A stretch of 64,000 nt of DNA from Setoptus koraiensis. Taxonomy: Eukaryota; Animalia; Arthropoda. Below the pieces are notes generated by a model that was not told the origin of the DNA, did no database searches, and saw only the letters and a program-made list of their open reading frames with translations. Both the position numbers and the translations under genes were made by a program. Below are positions 13,501-26,930 of this stretch, one piece after another. Numbering within the stretch: the first letter of the stretch is position 1; each line of letters begins with the position of its first letter. The stretch is taken from positions 13,516,001-13,580,000 of the forward strand of contig CM106585.1 in NCBI GenBank assembly GCA_048013815.1, in the 5' to 3' direction.

Positions 13501-16500
13501 TGCCATGGCTTCTTTCCGGCCAGCTGTGAAACTTGTTGATTGCTTCCTGGCGATTTGGAGCCCAACGGGTCACATAGATCGGGAGATAATCGCATGGAAT
13601 AGTTTTTGAGGAAATCCTCGAAAGACAATCGTAGACTGAAGAACACAAGCCAACTGGTGCACACACAAACAGTTAACTAAAAAGGACAACTTGACAGAGC
13701 GAAAAAACCGTCACGGGTTCTAGTCGGCGTTTTGGGCGTGACTAACATTTGGTCGCCAATGTCGCCTATTAGCCCAAAATCACTTAAGCGACCATGAAGC
13801 GCCCGCACCTCGAGTAATCTCGACCCGCAATCTGGCCGGAAGTCAAATTAGCAGCAGTGTTTCTGGTGTGACGATGTTAGGCCCGCCTGGTTTGTCTCGT
13901 GTCAAAAGAACCTGTAGGCAGGCCTACTCGGATGTGTATATATAATGTCAAAGACATGAGACTTGAAATGTTTGAAAAGACTGAATCCTGTAGCGGTCAC
14001 TCTTTGCACCAGGTCATGAGCAGTAGATGATATATCTATTCATTGCAGGCAAATTTAGATTTGCTCAGATTGAAAGCGCACTATCAGATAGGTATATTTT
14101 GGGAAAAAGTAAGCGATGTATGCAAATGGAGAGACGATTAAATTGGCTGATGATGATAACTTTATTTTATTATAATCAACAACAAGCGCACATTTGTAAT
14201 TACAGGTACGCACGTCTATTGCTATTATTTTTGTTTTTATTTTATTTTGGCCACCACTATGTCACTACTGTCTTCTATCGCGACTGATAATGGCCAGCAT
14301 CATGAGCATTATATTGCATACTGCATAACAACTTTGCTTGATGCCACGATGATGATACTACGAGCACATATATGTACGAGATATGCCAACTATAGCATCG
14401 CGTTGCCACCTACATACTTTCACAAATTAACCATCGGATATACCTATACACATATATTTACAGTATAAGTTGCAGTATAGTGGTGTGACTATTATAGCAA
14501 TGGCAATAGTAATGGCAATGGCAATAGCAATGGCAGCAGAAGCAGTAGCAGTGGCAATGGCAATAAATACATTACTAGAGGCTGTTCTCATCTAAACAAA
14601 AAGTAGGCTGAGATAGTAGGCATCCTTTTAAAAATGCAAATTCATGCTCTTTCGCTTATATGAATATATGAGGCAACTAATACTGGCTAAATGTTGTTGT
14701 GATGATCGCAATGGCGCTCCTTGCAGAGGATAGTCATTAAAAGCGAGTAAAAGAGAAGCGAAGGGAACAAAAATCACAGACACACAGTGATATCAATATA
14801 AATATCAGAGTAGGCTTCTTGATTATATCATCACGCTTTACTTTCATTATGCTGCCATATTAGCGATGCAATCGCAGCAATGCAGCACCTATGCTCAGAC
14901 TGGAGACCATTTCCTATTTGTTATCGTTTTAGTTCTTTCCGTTGGCCCTCACTCACTAAAGAAAGAAAGAGGGAGAGAGAGAGAGAAGTCACTATATAAG
15001 GCTAAGCACATGTATTGTTGCATTGAAATGAACTCACTCACACAATATAATCGGTGTCTAATTGATGACGTAGAATAATTGTGTGGAATAAAAACAGGCC
15101 GACAGACCGAGCGATGCAGGGAGGGAGGGGGCTTGACTGGAGATTGGCTAGACGGATTGGCTAAAACTAATTGACAGAGCGAGCTTCATCTTAGACACAT
15201 AATGATGATTAGACAGACAATCGACTGTCGATCAAGATGACGTTGTTACATGATGATGACCATTAGATATTCAAAAGCTACCACTAGTTACTAGTGACTG
15301 GTAGTATCAAAAGAGTGCAATTGGCTGGTTGCACTCGCTGGCGTAGGGAGGCTTCGTTAGTTTGCAGCTCATGAGAATTTTCTTCTTTCGCTCACAAGTT
15401 GTCAGTGCGACTCACTGTGTCCGTCTGCTGACCAACTAGCAACTAACAACACACACACACAACTTGAAATTAAACTTTTTCAATTTCTCCCAGAAGTTTG
15501 ACTCAGAACACATTTCTATCTCTGGCTCTCCCTGTGTCTGTTGGCTGGCGCTGGCCCGGCGAACAGGTAACAACAGGCACTTGATGAAAGATTGCAGCCA
15601 GAAGTGGATTAGGCGATCATTTGTTGTTGCTGTTGTTGTTGCTGCTGCAGCTGTCCCTGTCGCATCCACACAGCCAACCACTAGTCACAACAACCGACTA
15701 CAACACTACACGAACATGTGCTATTGTCTGCAGCCAGTTTGTACTTTGTACCTGTTAGTAACAGTGACGACGACCATGTGCTCCTCACCTGGTGCGGCTG
15801 CTGCTGCTGCTTCTCTACGTCATGACCGCGGACACCATGTTGTTGGCCTCAGTGTAGTACAAAAACACACGCCATACACTCTGGCGCAGACTCTATGGCA
15901 TGGAGAGCGGATATAAATTTATAAGCTTGCGATGGCATGACATCGCCAGCAACTTTGAGCAGCTATAACCAGAGTTATAGCTGCAATTGCGCTAGTGCTG
16001 CAACAAGTGGAAGTGGTAACTCGCAAGCAGCCGACTGCGGCAACAGGATCAACAAGTTGTTTTTGTTGCTGCTGCCGCTGTTGTTGTTGCTGTTGGCGGC
16101 GGCGGCGGCGGTTGATTGGCCCGCTATCATTACATCTACATTGACTACCAGCAATCGGCCAATATGTGCGCATGATGGCCAACAATGGAGCCATTAGTCC
16201 CATGATGAGCCGTCTGGGCCTATCATTGATTAAACTGATTGCTAAGACGGCCCAAACAGAATGTCGGTCGGTCGCCTTTTTATTTGCACACACTGTATAC
16301 GATATATATGCACTGATACTGCAAAGTATTAGAGGCTGCTGGCGCAAAGAGCTCAAATATTATTTGTAACGGTCGTGTATCTCAGCGGATATTGTGAGTG
16401 ATCCCATACAACTACTAATAGAATAATTGATAGTCTCCATTACCCATGCCCGGCAACTCACATCAACAGCAGCCCTGGCCGCGGCCGCATCAAACCGGGT

Positions 16501-16740
16501 CTAGACTAGTCTTGTCTACTGTCTGGCATCAGTCTGGCATCAGTCTGGCGCAAAGGTCCAATCAATGTCTAGTTGGCGTTGTGATACAAAGGAAAAAGAA
16601 AAAGAAAAGGAAAAAGAGCGAAGGGAAAAAGAAAGACAGCGCACAAATGCTCTGCGAGAATGCTAGCTCTGCCCAACAGGTGAGTTGCAGCAGATTGTTG
16701 CGTGGCTTCGCTGTTGCATGCGTTCATGGCTGCACGCAAA

Positions 16741-16885
<145 letters not shown>

Positions 16886-19800
16886 ATGGCTTCATGCAAA
16901 CAACAACAACAGCAACAACATGGCTGCGGACGACAACAATGGGGAGCACATGTTTTGCATATGTCTAGATTCTGCTAACTTTTCGCATTGGATGGATGAA
17001 ACACATGTTATCCAGGCAGCGTTGCTGGCAAACGAATGCCAGTGTGCTACATGCAATGGCAAATGTAAATGTAGACGCTTACTCTCTCTCTCTCTCTCTC
17101 TCTCTCGTTCGCTCGCATTAGATCATCATCAATATCCATCTAATTTGATATAGAAATAGATCCATCATTCTCAATCATTCAAAGGCCGACTTGTCGTTGT
17201 CGGTGTCGCTCGCTTGCAATACTATCACTAAGCCAGTTGAGGCTTTTATCATTATCAGTTCTGGCGTCCTAACGTTACACTTTCAAAAACACTCAAAGGG
17301 TGTGATGCTCTTGCAATATTTTCTCCTCCTCTTCTTCTTCGTTTTCGATGGACTTGATGCAATTATAAGAATGTCTACTTTTTATCTTGCTCTCAACTAA
17401 CTAATACGAGTAAACTCATTAAATAATTACGTCACCTGACTCGACGGCAGTGCCCGAGAGCAGCAGCAGTAGCAAACAATTTCGTTCGAGGAGGAGACTA
17501 TTGCCATAAGTTGATTAGATTAGATCGTCGAGTCATGAGTTCAACCAAGCAGGCAAACAAACAAACAAACGACAACAGAACGTCATAATGTGTGTGTGTA
17601 TTCCGAGAGTGTGAGTCTGAAGAGACAATTTTTCTGGTGTATAAATAAGAGTTGGTAACGCAAAATTTATGTCACAATTGATTAGCTGTAGCAGTGGTCG
17701 TGGTCGTGGAAGTGGAAGTGATTTAATTAACCCCCCTCTTTTGTTATTTGGATGCAATCTTGTCCTGTGATCGCACACATTGCATAACAACAACAACAAC
17801 AACAACAACATCAACCACGACGGCAATATGTTGAGCTTCGGGCAACTGTCTGGTTAGCCCGCAACAGCATCTTCTTAAGACAGAATTATGCGGGTACTAG
17901 CAGCGTTTGCCGCTCAATTGGCGCCACGAACGAAAGTATTCTGATAGTTTTGCAGGATGATAATTTGCACAAAAAGACCCCAACATTCAGGGGTAAACGA
18001 CCCGAACAAAACGCGAGGCTAACGCGAAAAATAAGTTTCGATAGGTGTTTTTTTTGAAAAAAAAAAAATCGAGCTCGCCTTTTCGTCGCGCTGGGTCATG
18101 AGTCATGAGACTAGGTTCACGTCAACTTGTCCAAGTTACGTCGTTGTGCCTCGGCACTCATTCATAACCTTGGCGTCAATGGCATCTTTTTCTCTATACA
18201 CGGTCGCTTGTGCACATAATCACATATATACATACGTATATAAATATATATATATATATATATATGAATATATATACGAATGCATATTTGTGAGTATTAA
18301 TTGAGCAAACCTAAACTACAGGCCAATGTGGCCTGCGAGCGATATCGTGAATGGTTTTGTTGTTTTTGAATGCATAATTGAATCAGATCTGCCCAATATC
18401 AAGTGCAGACAACCTCTTTGTGAGTCTCTATATTCTTCACACACGCTTGTTGCTGTTGTCATCATTCAATGAGCAGAAACAAGACACTTGTTCACGAACC
18501 AGAGAGACTTGAGGTCTTGAGACACATGATATGCCAAAGTTACTTTATGATCATAACTCATTTGATTGCCAAACTTATTTCTGATAAGAATAAGCCGGCA
18601 AGCCAGCCAGCCAGCCGGCCAGCCAGTTAGCCAGCCACTACTATTCTCAATGGTCATCAATAAACTCTCCTTGCTTACCTTCATTGCTACAGGGCTCAAC
18701 TGCTAGCTATACTGTATGGTGGCTAGTGGAGTAGGAATGGCAAAATGGTGGATTGAGTAGAGTGGCAAAAAGTGGAGAGAAAAGCAACTAAGTGCACACA
18801 CAACCACAGGTGACCAATTCTTTGGCGACTCGTGGCTTCTTTCGTTCGTTTGTTCGTTCGTTCTGCCAGGCAAGCAGCCAGTCAGCCAGCCAGCAGAAAG
18901 GAAGATGTGGCCACCACCATCAGCAAGTTAAAATTATCCAATCGTTAGGCATGGGCTTGTGAACTTGCACACAATTTTATATCAGGTTTTGGTGTCAAGT
19001 TGTTGCCGTTGTTGTCGTTGTGAAGTTGTTTAGTTCAGTCAAGTTGATCGAGCCGAAAAGTGTGTGTCGGTGTGTGTGTCTGCGTACAAAAAGTTGAGAA
19101 AAGTTTTGAGAAAATAGAGGAAGATGGATTAAGAGAAAAAGATAAAATATATAATATGCATATATACAAAATGTACGAGAAAGAGCGAGAGAAGGCTAAG
19201 GGGAGAGAGAGCGAGAGAGAGAGAGAGATGGACACTCAAGTTGCAAGAGTATAATTATATAGATGTTGCAGTAATGGTCAACAAATTTGTTATTATTGCT
19301 CTGTCTGACGCCACAACATTTTTTGATATTTACACACAACACACTTCTTTTTCTTTATTTCTCTCTACCTTTTTCTTCTTTCTCTGATCCATCGCAAGAA
19401 TATATGCACACTATAACAACAACAGTAACAACGAATTGAACAACAACGTCTAGTTCCAGACGACTCGGTGGTAATGGAAATTTGTTTTACAGGTGGCAAT
19501 CAATAAAATAGTGGCCACACTACACTACTCTGCTAGCCGATTCCTATTCTTCTCTGCCTAAAATAACTCACATCTTTGCTCTTGTTCTTCTGGTGACTTG
19601 AAACTTTAGAGAATAATTTCTTTTTTTTACATGTGAATTATAATGTGTGCTAGTATAATTGTAGAAGCGGTTTATTATTCGATCTCGATAAATCATATCT
19701 TTCTGACTATGTTCATGATATGCTAGCTGGACATGGATTCATCATTTCAAAAATTCATTTTTTCCTATAACTTTTGCTGCTGCTTCTTAATTTTATCCCA

Positions 19801-20484
19801 CTATCTTCTTCTATTTCTACTCTTTTGTCTTTGCAGATTATCTTTCGTAGATCATATGAATCTAGGGATATCTAGAGATTCTTTAGTTTAAATTTGTGTC
19901 TATCACATCAGTAACTACAGCGGTCATGATGATGATGATTCATAACAATCATTAAGTCTTGTAACAATTCAATTTATTTTTTGTTGCATATATGCATATA
20001 TACATATATATATATGTATAGTATTATTAAAATCTACATATATCTATATATATTAACATATATGTATAACATGTTTTACATATAAATATATGTGATGTGA
20101 TGTGATAATAGAAATAATAATAATTAATAATAATTAATAATAATAATAATCAATAATAATATTCATATTCTCATCTGTTGAAGAACTATAAGAATTTTAG
20201 CTTCGCATATCATGGTTCTTAATCATTTACAAACAGATTGCATATATGATTTTGCCATATATTAATATGTTTATATTAATATGTGTTCATTCATATACTT
20301 TCTTTTCCCTCTCTAAATATCTCATCTATTTTCCTCTTTCTATCATCATTGTACCCTTTAATCACTAAAATAAGTCCAGTGTGTGCATTGTTGCGTTGAT
20401 GCTGTTGATTTTGTTGGTTGGCTGAGACAATCAGTAATAAGAATAATAATAATAATCTCGATGATATATCAGTCATTTCTGTCA

Positions 20485-21885
20485 TCAAACATTACATGCT
20501 TTTAGTTGGTTTGTATGTTGTGTATGGGTGTATTGGATTCTAAGCTCTTCCAATCGGTGCCTTAAAAATCTTTGTTCCCTCATCAATTGCTCTTTGAGCA
20601 TTTGTTGTTTTCGATCACGATCTTCTAATGTCTTTATAAAACCTTTAGCTTTAGTCAACAATCCTAATGTAGTATGCCTACTTGACTCTGATTCTAATGG
20701 TACAACTTCTTTCAGTTTTTCGAGACAAGTCCTCAAATGTGCACGACGATTCTTTTCCAATTCGTTATGTGTACTTCTATTACCTTGAGATTTTTTCTTT
20801 GGCCGCTTAGATTGTTGTTGTAGTGTTTGATTGGTGTTGATATTCATATTGATTGCATTATGTTGATTGTTACTACTACAGTTGCTTTCACTGGTACTAC
20901 TTCTAGAAGATGATAATTGATTAAATTGTTGCTGTTGGTTTTTTAGGTTAAGATGATTAAGATGTTGATGTTGTTGTATCATGAGATCATTGGGTGGTAA
21001 TGAAGATTGGTTATCACACAGATGCATTGATGATGCTGATGATCCAGGTAAACCTCCAGCGGTACCATATTGATGTAACACCGAATTTCCAATACTGTTA
21101 GCTGCCGCTGCCAATCCCGATAGTGTTACGGCAGCCGCCGTATTCTGGTGAAGATGGTGTGGTTGTTGATGGTTGTGGTGATTATTGTGTTGTTGTTGGG
21201 ACTGGGGCTGGATATGCTGGTGCAGGTGATGGTGGTGATTATTGTTAAGTTGCTGGGAAGTGGAAGCATTTCTAACAATTTGTTGTTGATATGATGATGT
21301 TGTGTGAATATCATCAATACAATCATGAGTTGTAGACGATGATAATGTTGTTGAAGAAGTAGCAGTTGTTGTTGGTGTTGAAGCTGTTGCATTAGTAGCC
21401 GCCAATGAAGTAGCTATAGAATAATCAACAATACCATTGGTATTAGCTGGCGAAGCCAAGCTTCCGATATGATTGCTACCTAGAGTTGATATAGTGCTGC
21501 TACTACTACCACCTGGACTTGCAGGACTAGCTGATCCGTCGGTACTGCCCTCAGTGGAACCTATAGAGCTTCCTGAGGAGCCTAACAATGGATGATGTTG
21601 ATGGGTTAAATTTTGAAAGTTGTTGCGGCTGCTATTAATTAAATGTGATGCTGTTGTATTATTATGTTGTTGATTCCATTTGTTTGTGTTGACCAATGAG
21701 GAGCTGTGCAATGAGCCCCGTGATATACTGTTAGTTGTTTGGTTGTTGTTAGTATGTTGATTAGTGTCCAATGTGGACAATGGTGGCGGCGGCGGCAAGG
21801 TAGACGCATATCCATGTTCGGCCTCTCTCCGTTCTAAATATTCGGCAGCTTGCAATAAAGCTGCAATGCTCAGGTCAGCGGTCAT
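20485..21885 (-). CDS. MXI1: Mad/Mxi1 (MXD-family) bHLH-Zip transcriptional repressor, 466 aa, intronless CDS
   Basis: N-terminal Sin3-interaction domain [23 protein letters not shown] and bHLH-Zip [28 protein letters not shown]...[12 protein letters not shown] are diagnostic of Mad/Mxi1. An additional C-terminal exon cannot be excluded. Confidence 0.93.
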   Translation of the reverse strand: MTADLSIAALLQAAEYLERREAEHGYASTLPPPPPLSTLDTNQHTNNNQTTNSISRGSLHSSSLVNTNKWNQQHNNTTASHLINSSRNNFQNLTHQHHPLLGSSGSSIGSTEGSTDGSASPASPGGSSSSTISTLGSNHIGSLASPANTNGIVDYSIATSLAATNATASTPTTTATSSTTLSSSTTHDCIDDIHTTSSYQQQIVRNASTSQQLNNNHHHHLHQHIQPQSQQQHNNHHNHQQPHHLHQNTAAAVTLSGLAAAANSIGNSVLHQYGTAGGLPGSSASSMHLCDNQSSLPPNDLMIQQHQHLNHLNLKNQQQQFNQLSSSRSSTSESNCSSNNQHNAINMNINTNQTLQQQSKRPKKKSQGNRSTHNELEKNRRAHLRTCLEKLKEVVPLESESSRHTTLGLLTKAKGFIKTLEDRDRKQQMLKEQLMREQRFLRHRLEELRIQYTHTQHTNQLKACNV

Positions 21886-24230
21886 CTTTATAAAATTCTA
21901 GATTGAGTAATCTGGCTCGTCTATCTGTTGGTTTGTTGTTGCTTAGGTGCAAATGTGGTGTGATGTTTGTGTATTTGTGGTGGTGGTGGTGGTGGCGTCC
22001 AATGTCAATCTAATAATTTTCTAATTCATTTATTAATAATATGTGTTGTGTGATGCGTGTGTATATTATGTAATAATAATAGTTAAATAATAATATATAA
22101 TTAATAATAAGATTCTATAATAATAGTAATAATTAAATTTACTACTAGCTGCGATGACGCATGAAAATGATGAGGTCTGACAGTAGGTAGCAGACAATTA
22201 ATAATAGCAGCAGCAGCAGTAGCAATGATAAAAATAATAGTATATCAGTTTAATATCAGCTCAATAATAATAATAAGAATTTTAGTATCTATATCTTGTT
22301 ATCTGAATTTTCTCTATCGCTTTAGTGAAGGTAATTTGTGTGGCTGGGACTGGTGTTGTTGTTGCTGTTGTTGCTGCTGATACATATACATACATACGTA
22401 AATATGTATATGTATATATATATATCGAGAGACATATATATGTAGATATATATTATATATATATATAAATATATTTATAATATATACGTATATATCAATC
22501 TGTGAATCTATCTATCGCTCCAAGTAATAGCAATAGTCGAATCAACGATAATAATAATGGATATTTGCATGAATGTGTGGTATGTTGTTGTTGGTGGATG
22601 TGGAGGTGATGGTGTAGATGAAAGAGAGAAGTGCAAGTATGTACGAAGTAGACGTAGAAGAAGAAGAAGCAGAGGAAGAAATGATGATGAAGATGATGAT
22701 GTTGTTGGTGGTGGTGGCGACGGTGGTGGCGAGGATGATGATGATGAAAACAAAAAGAGTAAAAAATTTTGCTGCCTACTGCAGTTCTAACGTCAAACTG
22801 CGTCGTCGTCGATTCTCGTCTCTCACTGCTTCTCTCTCACTGTTCACTACACACAAGTTCTTGTAATGCCATCAGTTGAGCAACAGTCGGCTAGGGGGCG
22901 CAAGGCAATTTCGTGGCATAGCGAGCGTGCGGCGTCAATTGTAAATTGTCAAATTGATTGTTTCTTCAAAATGCCACACAATCACGCTGTGCTAGTAAAC
23001 ATTAATATTGGTAATATTTGTAAAATGATCAAATGTTACCAAATCAATCTATGGAATTACGTCAATTAAACAATTTCACAAGCACTAGGCTCGACATCAT
23101 GGATTAGTATCCATGAGCAATTTAGTGAGCATTAGTGACACGATGGCCAGTTGTTGTGCTCGCATGTGCACATGTTTGTGAGCGCCCCCTTCAGGTGGAC
23201 GTGGCCACTAGAGTGAGTAGTGACTCTTTGCATACACCCGGTAGTAGTTGTTGTAACGTCATATTGTTAGTCATCATCACTGCTATACACTAAAGCCGTA
23301 CTAAAGCTACACTCACGAGCTCCATGTATTTGCGCACACAGACACACACACAAACGCACCGTAAAAGTTAGTGCATTTTTCAGACACACAGGCAAACAAA
23401 CAGAACATGCAGAAGCAACAACAGGAACATGCATGTGTGTGTCTGTGTGTGTGTGTTTGTTTATTTGTGTGTTCTGTTGTTGTTGTTGTTGTTGTTGTTT
23501 GAGCCCTGTTGTGAGTAATGCATTGTCCGTCCAGTACACACGCGCAGACAAACGGCACTAGGGGAATCTGTGTCAGATGGTGACGCACGCACAAACGCAC
23601 ATGCAGTTAGAGTCTGTGTGAGTCAGAAAGAACGCACATGTGCGCCCTAAAATTGGTAAACACTACAGTAGACTGCACACTAAAGCAGCGCTAGCACTGA
23701 CTGTACTGGCAGACACACTCACAAGCAGACGATAGCTGTTTCGAGTGACAGTCGGTACGCTGCTGCTGCTGCAGTATAGCCTGTTGTTGTTGTTGTTGTT
23801 CGTCTGTCCGTTGGTGCGTCTCGCACTCGATAATTTGCGCGCCCCCCGCTTACTTTTGCGCACTGCTGCATTGTTGTTCGCGAGGGCGATGGGGGAAAGC
23901 AGCCACAGGCAGCGGGGGCAGGCACCGACTACCAGCGGCAGGCCCGCCTTTGCTGGCCCTGCTCACTACTGTGCACAGTGCAGCGCGATCATTAGTGCAG
24001 CAGCAGCAGCAGCATACTCAAACACACTGCTGCAGCACTACAGTGCAGACTCACACACACATGCGTACGCGCAGCAGATAGTAAACAAACATGACTTACC
24101 TCCCCCAGTAGCGAACGCTCTCTTCCCCCGGCGTGTTGTCATGAGTGTCAGTGCCCATTTGTCTGTGCGTTTGATATAATACAACCCAACTTTTGCCGCT
24201 GTCCCTGCCACCACTACCACTTGTATTACA

Positions 24231-24231
<1 letters not shown>

Positions 24232-24317
<86 letters not shown>
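24232..24317. repeat. (CA)n microsatellite, ~43 units
   Basis: Perfect run. Confidence 0.99.
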
Positions 24318-24318
<1 letters not shown>

Positions 24319-26304
24319 AGCCGTGTCGCCAGCTAGCCGCTGCAATTTGGAGCAGATATGCAGTAATGCAGTCGGCCATTGTTGAGCTAGCTAGCGAGCG
24401 GCTAGCCAGCCAGCCAGCCAGCCAGCCAGCAGCAGCAAATTTTTCATTTAAAATATTCATCTCACACTCACCTATGGACGCGCATGCGGCGAGAGAGCCA
24501 CCCAAACAACGAATTGAGGTGAGCAGTTGAGACAATTTTGTTGCAACATCACACATGTGTAGTGGCCCGGTGTAAGCATGCTGCAAGTGCACAGTGGCTG
24601 CAACTTTTATACATAGTACGATCAAAAGCTGGCTGGCCTGTGGTGGGTATGGCACAACACATCGTGTTCGTATGTATACAACTTATACTGTATAACTTAT
24701 ACACTGTATGCCAGTACAGTTGTGGGCTTCAGTTTCTCGCTCGGCTCTGGGATGATGCCAAAATGGTCGCTCTATCCAATTTAAATTATTATTTACATCG
24801 AGAGAGAAAGAATAATTCCTAAACCAAAATGAGTTCATGTGCTGTTGTTTACAAAAAACAATAATCAACTAGACTGTCAGTTGGACAGCTTCTCGTGTTT
24901 GCGTGTCTGCCCTGCCCACCGCTCACCTGAGCTGTTGCTTGCAAACTATCATCATGATGTAGCAGTGATAGACTCGAGAAGACAACTCAACTACGCACAA
25001 TTAACAACGCAGATACGCATGTAGCAGAGATTTAGAACGTAGGTTGATCAAGTGTCTCTCCCTCTCTCTCTCTCTCTCCCCTCTCGCGAGTCGAGACCAT
25101 GTTGCTAGTTGCCACTAACAACATGGTCTCAATGTTTACACGCTCATGATACACACGTGTGTTCATTGCTAACGCGGTGTTAGAGTATATATTAATCAAG
25201 CCTCGTTGCTGGCAGCTAGCGCTGCCTGATGCAGTGCCCTATGGCAACCAAGCCAGCCATTCGCCATGGGCTCTGCAAGGCATGCGCTAGCGGTAGCCAT
25301 GGCAAATGCAAAATTACACACAAAATACCCTAGGCTCGGCACAAAGCTTTCACACTCGCGAATATCATTGTTTGTGCGTTAGTCAAGGTTTATCGGAGAA
25401 ATTTATTCGGGCTGTGCTGTGTTCAAGGCCCACGGGCTTCGGTATGCCAGAGTGAAGCAAATAATAGTGATTTTCGCTCGGCTTCGCATTACAAATTGAC
25501 TGTCGCTGTGTTAGCTCGGCTTAAGTGCTTGGCGCGCGCGCGCGCGCGCTCGCGAGCATCTGAAACATACCTGTTGTAAAATTGCCTATCTCTCGTGGCT
25601 TGTGAGCTTATTCTTTTTATCCCTTCAGCACAATCGTTTCTCGCTCTCCCCCTCGTTGCCTGTTGAGCATGTAAGTGTGTCGTTGTGCGCGTTGTCTGGC
25701 GCGATTCTGCAAAAGCCACGCGATCCACAGCGAGCCGGAGAGAGAGAGAGAGAGAGAGCCAGATAAAGGGCCGTAACGGGGAGATAGAAACAAAAGTGGA
25801 AGTTGCCTGTTGTACAAAAGTATGCATTGTTCAAACACACAACAATAATGTTGTTAATGGTAGCGGATACCGGCGTGATATAGGAAACTTCATTGTGTGT
25901 CGATTGTCTGATAAGATGCTATCATTGCTGCGTGCGATTGGCGATGGTGTGGCGGCAAAAGAATGGCAACTGCATTTATCGGCTGCCATGGGATCAATTG
26001 GAATGGGGCAGAGTTGCAATTGTGACTTTCTCTACATCATTTATACCTATTGCCTCATGGTTACACAGGCCAGCAGCAGCCACTTTTGCAGTGCGATGTT
26101 CACCGCGCTGTTCCTCGTTGACTCAAGTCGTGGTCGGGCCTGACTGACCATCATTTGGCTTGGTTGCTGGCGCTGTTGAGCCGCCGACAGAGCACCAACA
26201 GCATGCCAACAGTGCGCCAACAGTGCTGTGCCCCGGCCGGCCGACTAACCATTGACAAATGGCCGGCAACGGTGGGTCATTGTCACGAGCACGGCCACGA
26301 CCAC

Positions 26305-26358
26305 GCAACGAGAGCAACGAGAGCAACGAGAGCAACGAGAGCAACTAGAGCAACAAGA
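26305..26358. repeat. 9-bp tandem repeat (GCAACGAGA)x6
   Basis: Four perfect units followed by gcaactaga and gcaacaaga. Confidence 0.95.
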
Positions 26359-26830
26359 GCAGCGCATAGCGCCGAATCAACCGGGAGGCCAAATCTCGGC
26401 GCTCCTAATGACACAAACTGCCGTACAATGGTGCCATATTGTTTTGCCCTGCGTTCGCAGACACTTCTCCTCACCTAGCGGTGGCCTAATGGAGAGCATC
26501 GGGCATTACGGCCCGAAACACGAGCGAGCGCGCGCGCGCGCGCGCTTCCTTTTTGTCTCATTGTGCGTGCCTCGATTCGTGTGTCGGCTCTTTCGGTTGC
26601 GCATCATCTGTTGCGTTCGGTACAGAACTTGTGGACCAGAAGGTGACGCCGAACCGGAACCCGGAATCGTGTGCGACCAGCCGCGCTGAGAGCCATTAGA
26701 CACAGATTATGTGCTGACCCCGGCGATATGATTTATACGGCACGTCTACTAACCGACGACACTTACTCGCCGCCACTAATGCCGGGGGGTTTGTCCAAAG
26801 CCGCCGGTCCTCGCGGGCCCATTCTGGCTC

Positions 26831-26930
26831 GAACTGCACAACGTCCCCATGATCGGCACACCGTCCGCGTGATCGGCACACCGTCCGCGTGATCGGCGCA
26901 CTGTTTGCATGATCGGCACACGATCACAGG
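26831..26930. repeat. 20-bp minisatellite, 5 units (core GATCGGCACA-CCGTCCGCGT)
   Basis: Units start at 26831, 26851, 26871, 26891 and 26911; units 2 and 3 are identical. Confidence 0.93.

Noticed and set aside
13913-14025. SRP (7SL) RNA-like words CCTGTAG-N6-CTACTCGG and CCAGGTC..GAGCAG
   Set aside because: The spacing between the two is about half that of SRP RNA, the helix-8 GNRA tetraloop is missing, and the first match is partly explained by a small self-complementary hairpin.
26831-26930. CRISPR-like appearance of the 20-bp array
   Set aside because: Only 10-bp 'spacers', two of them identical; no cas genes; eukaryotic context.
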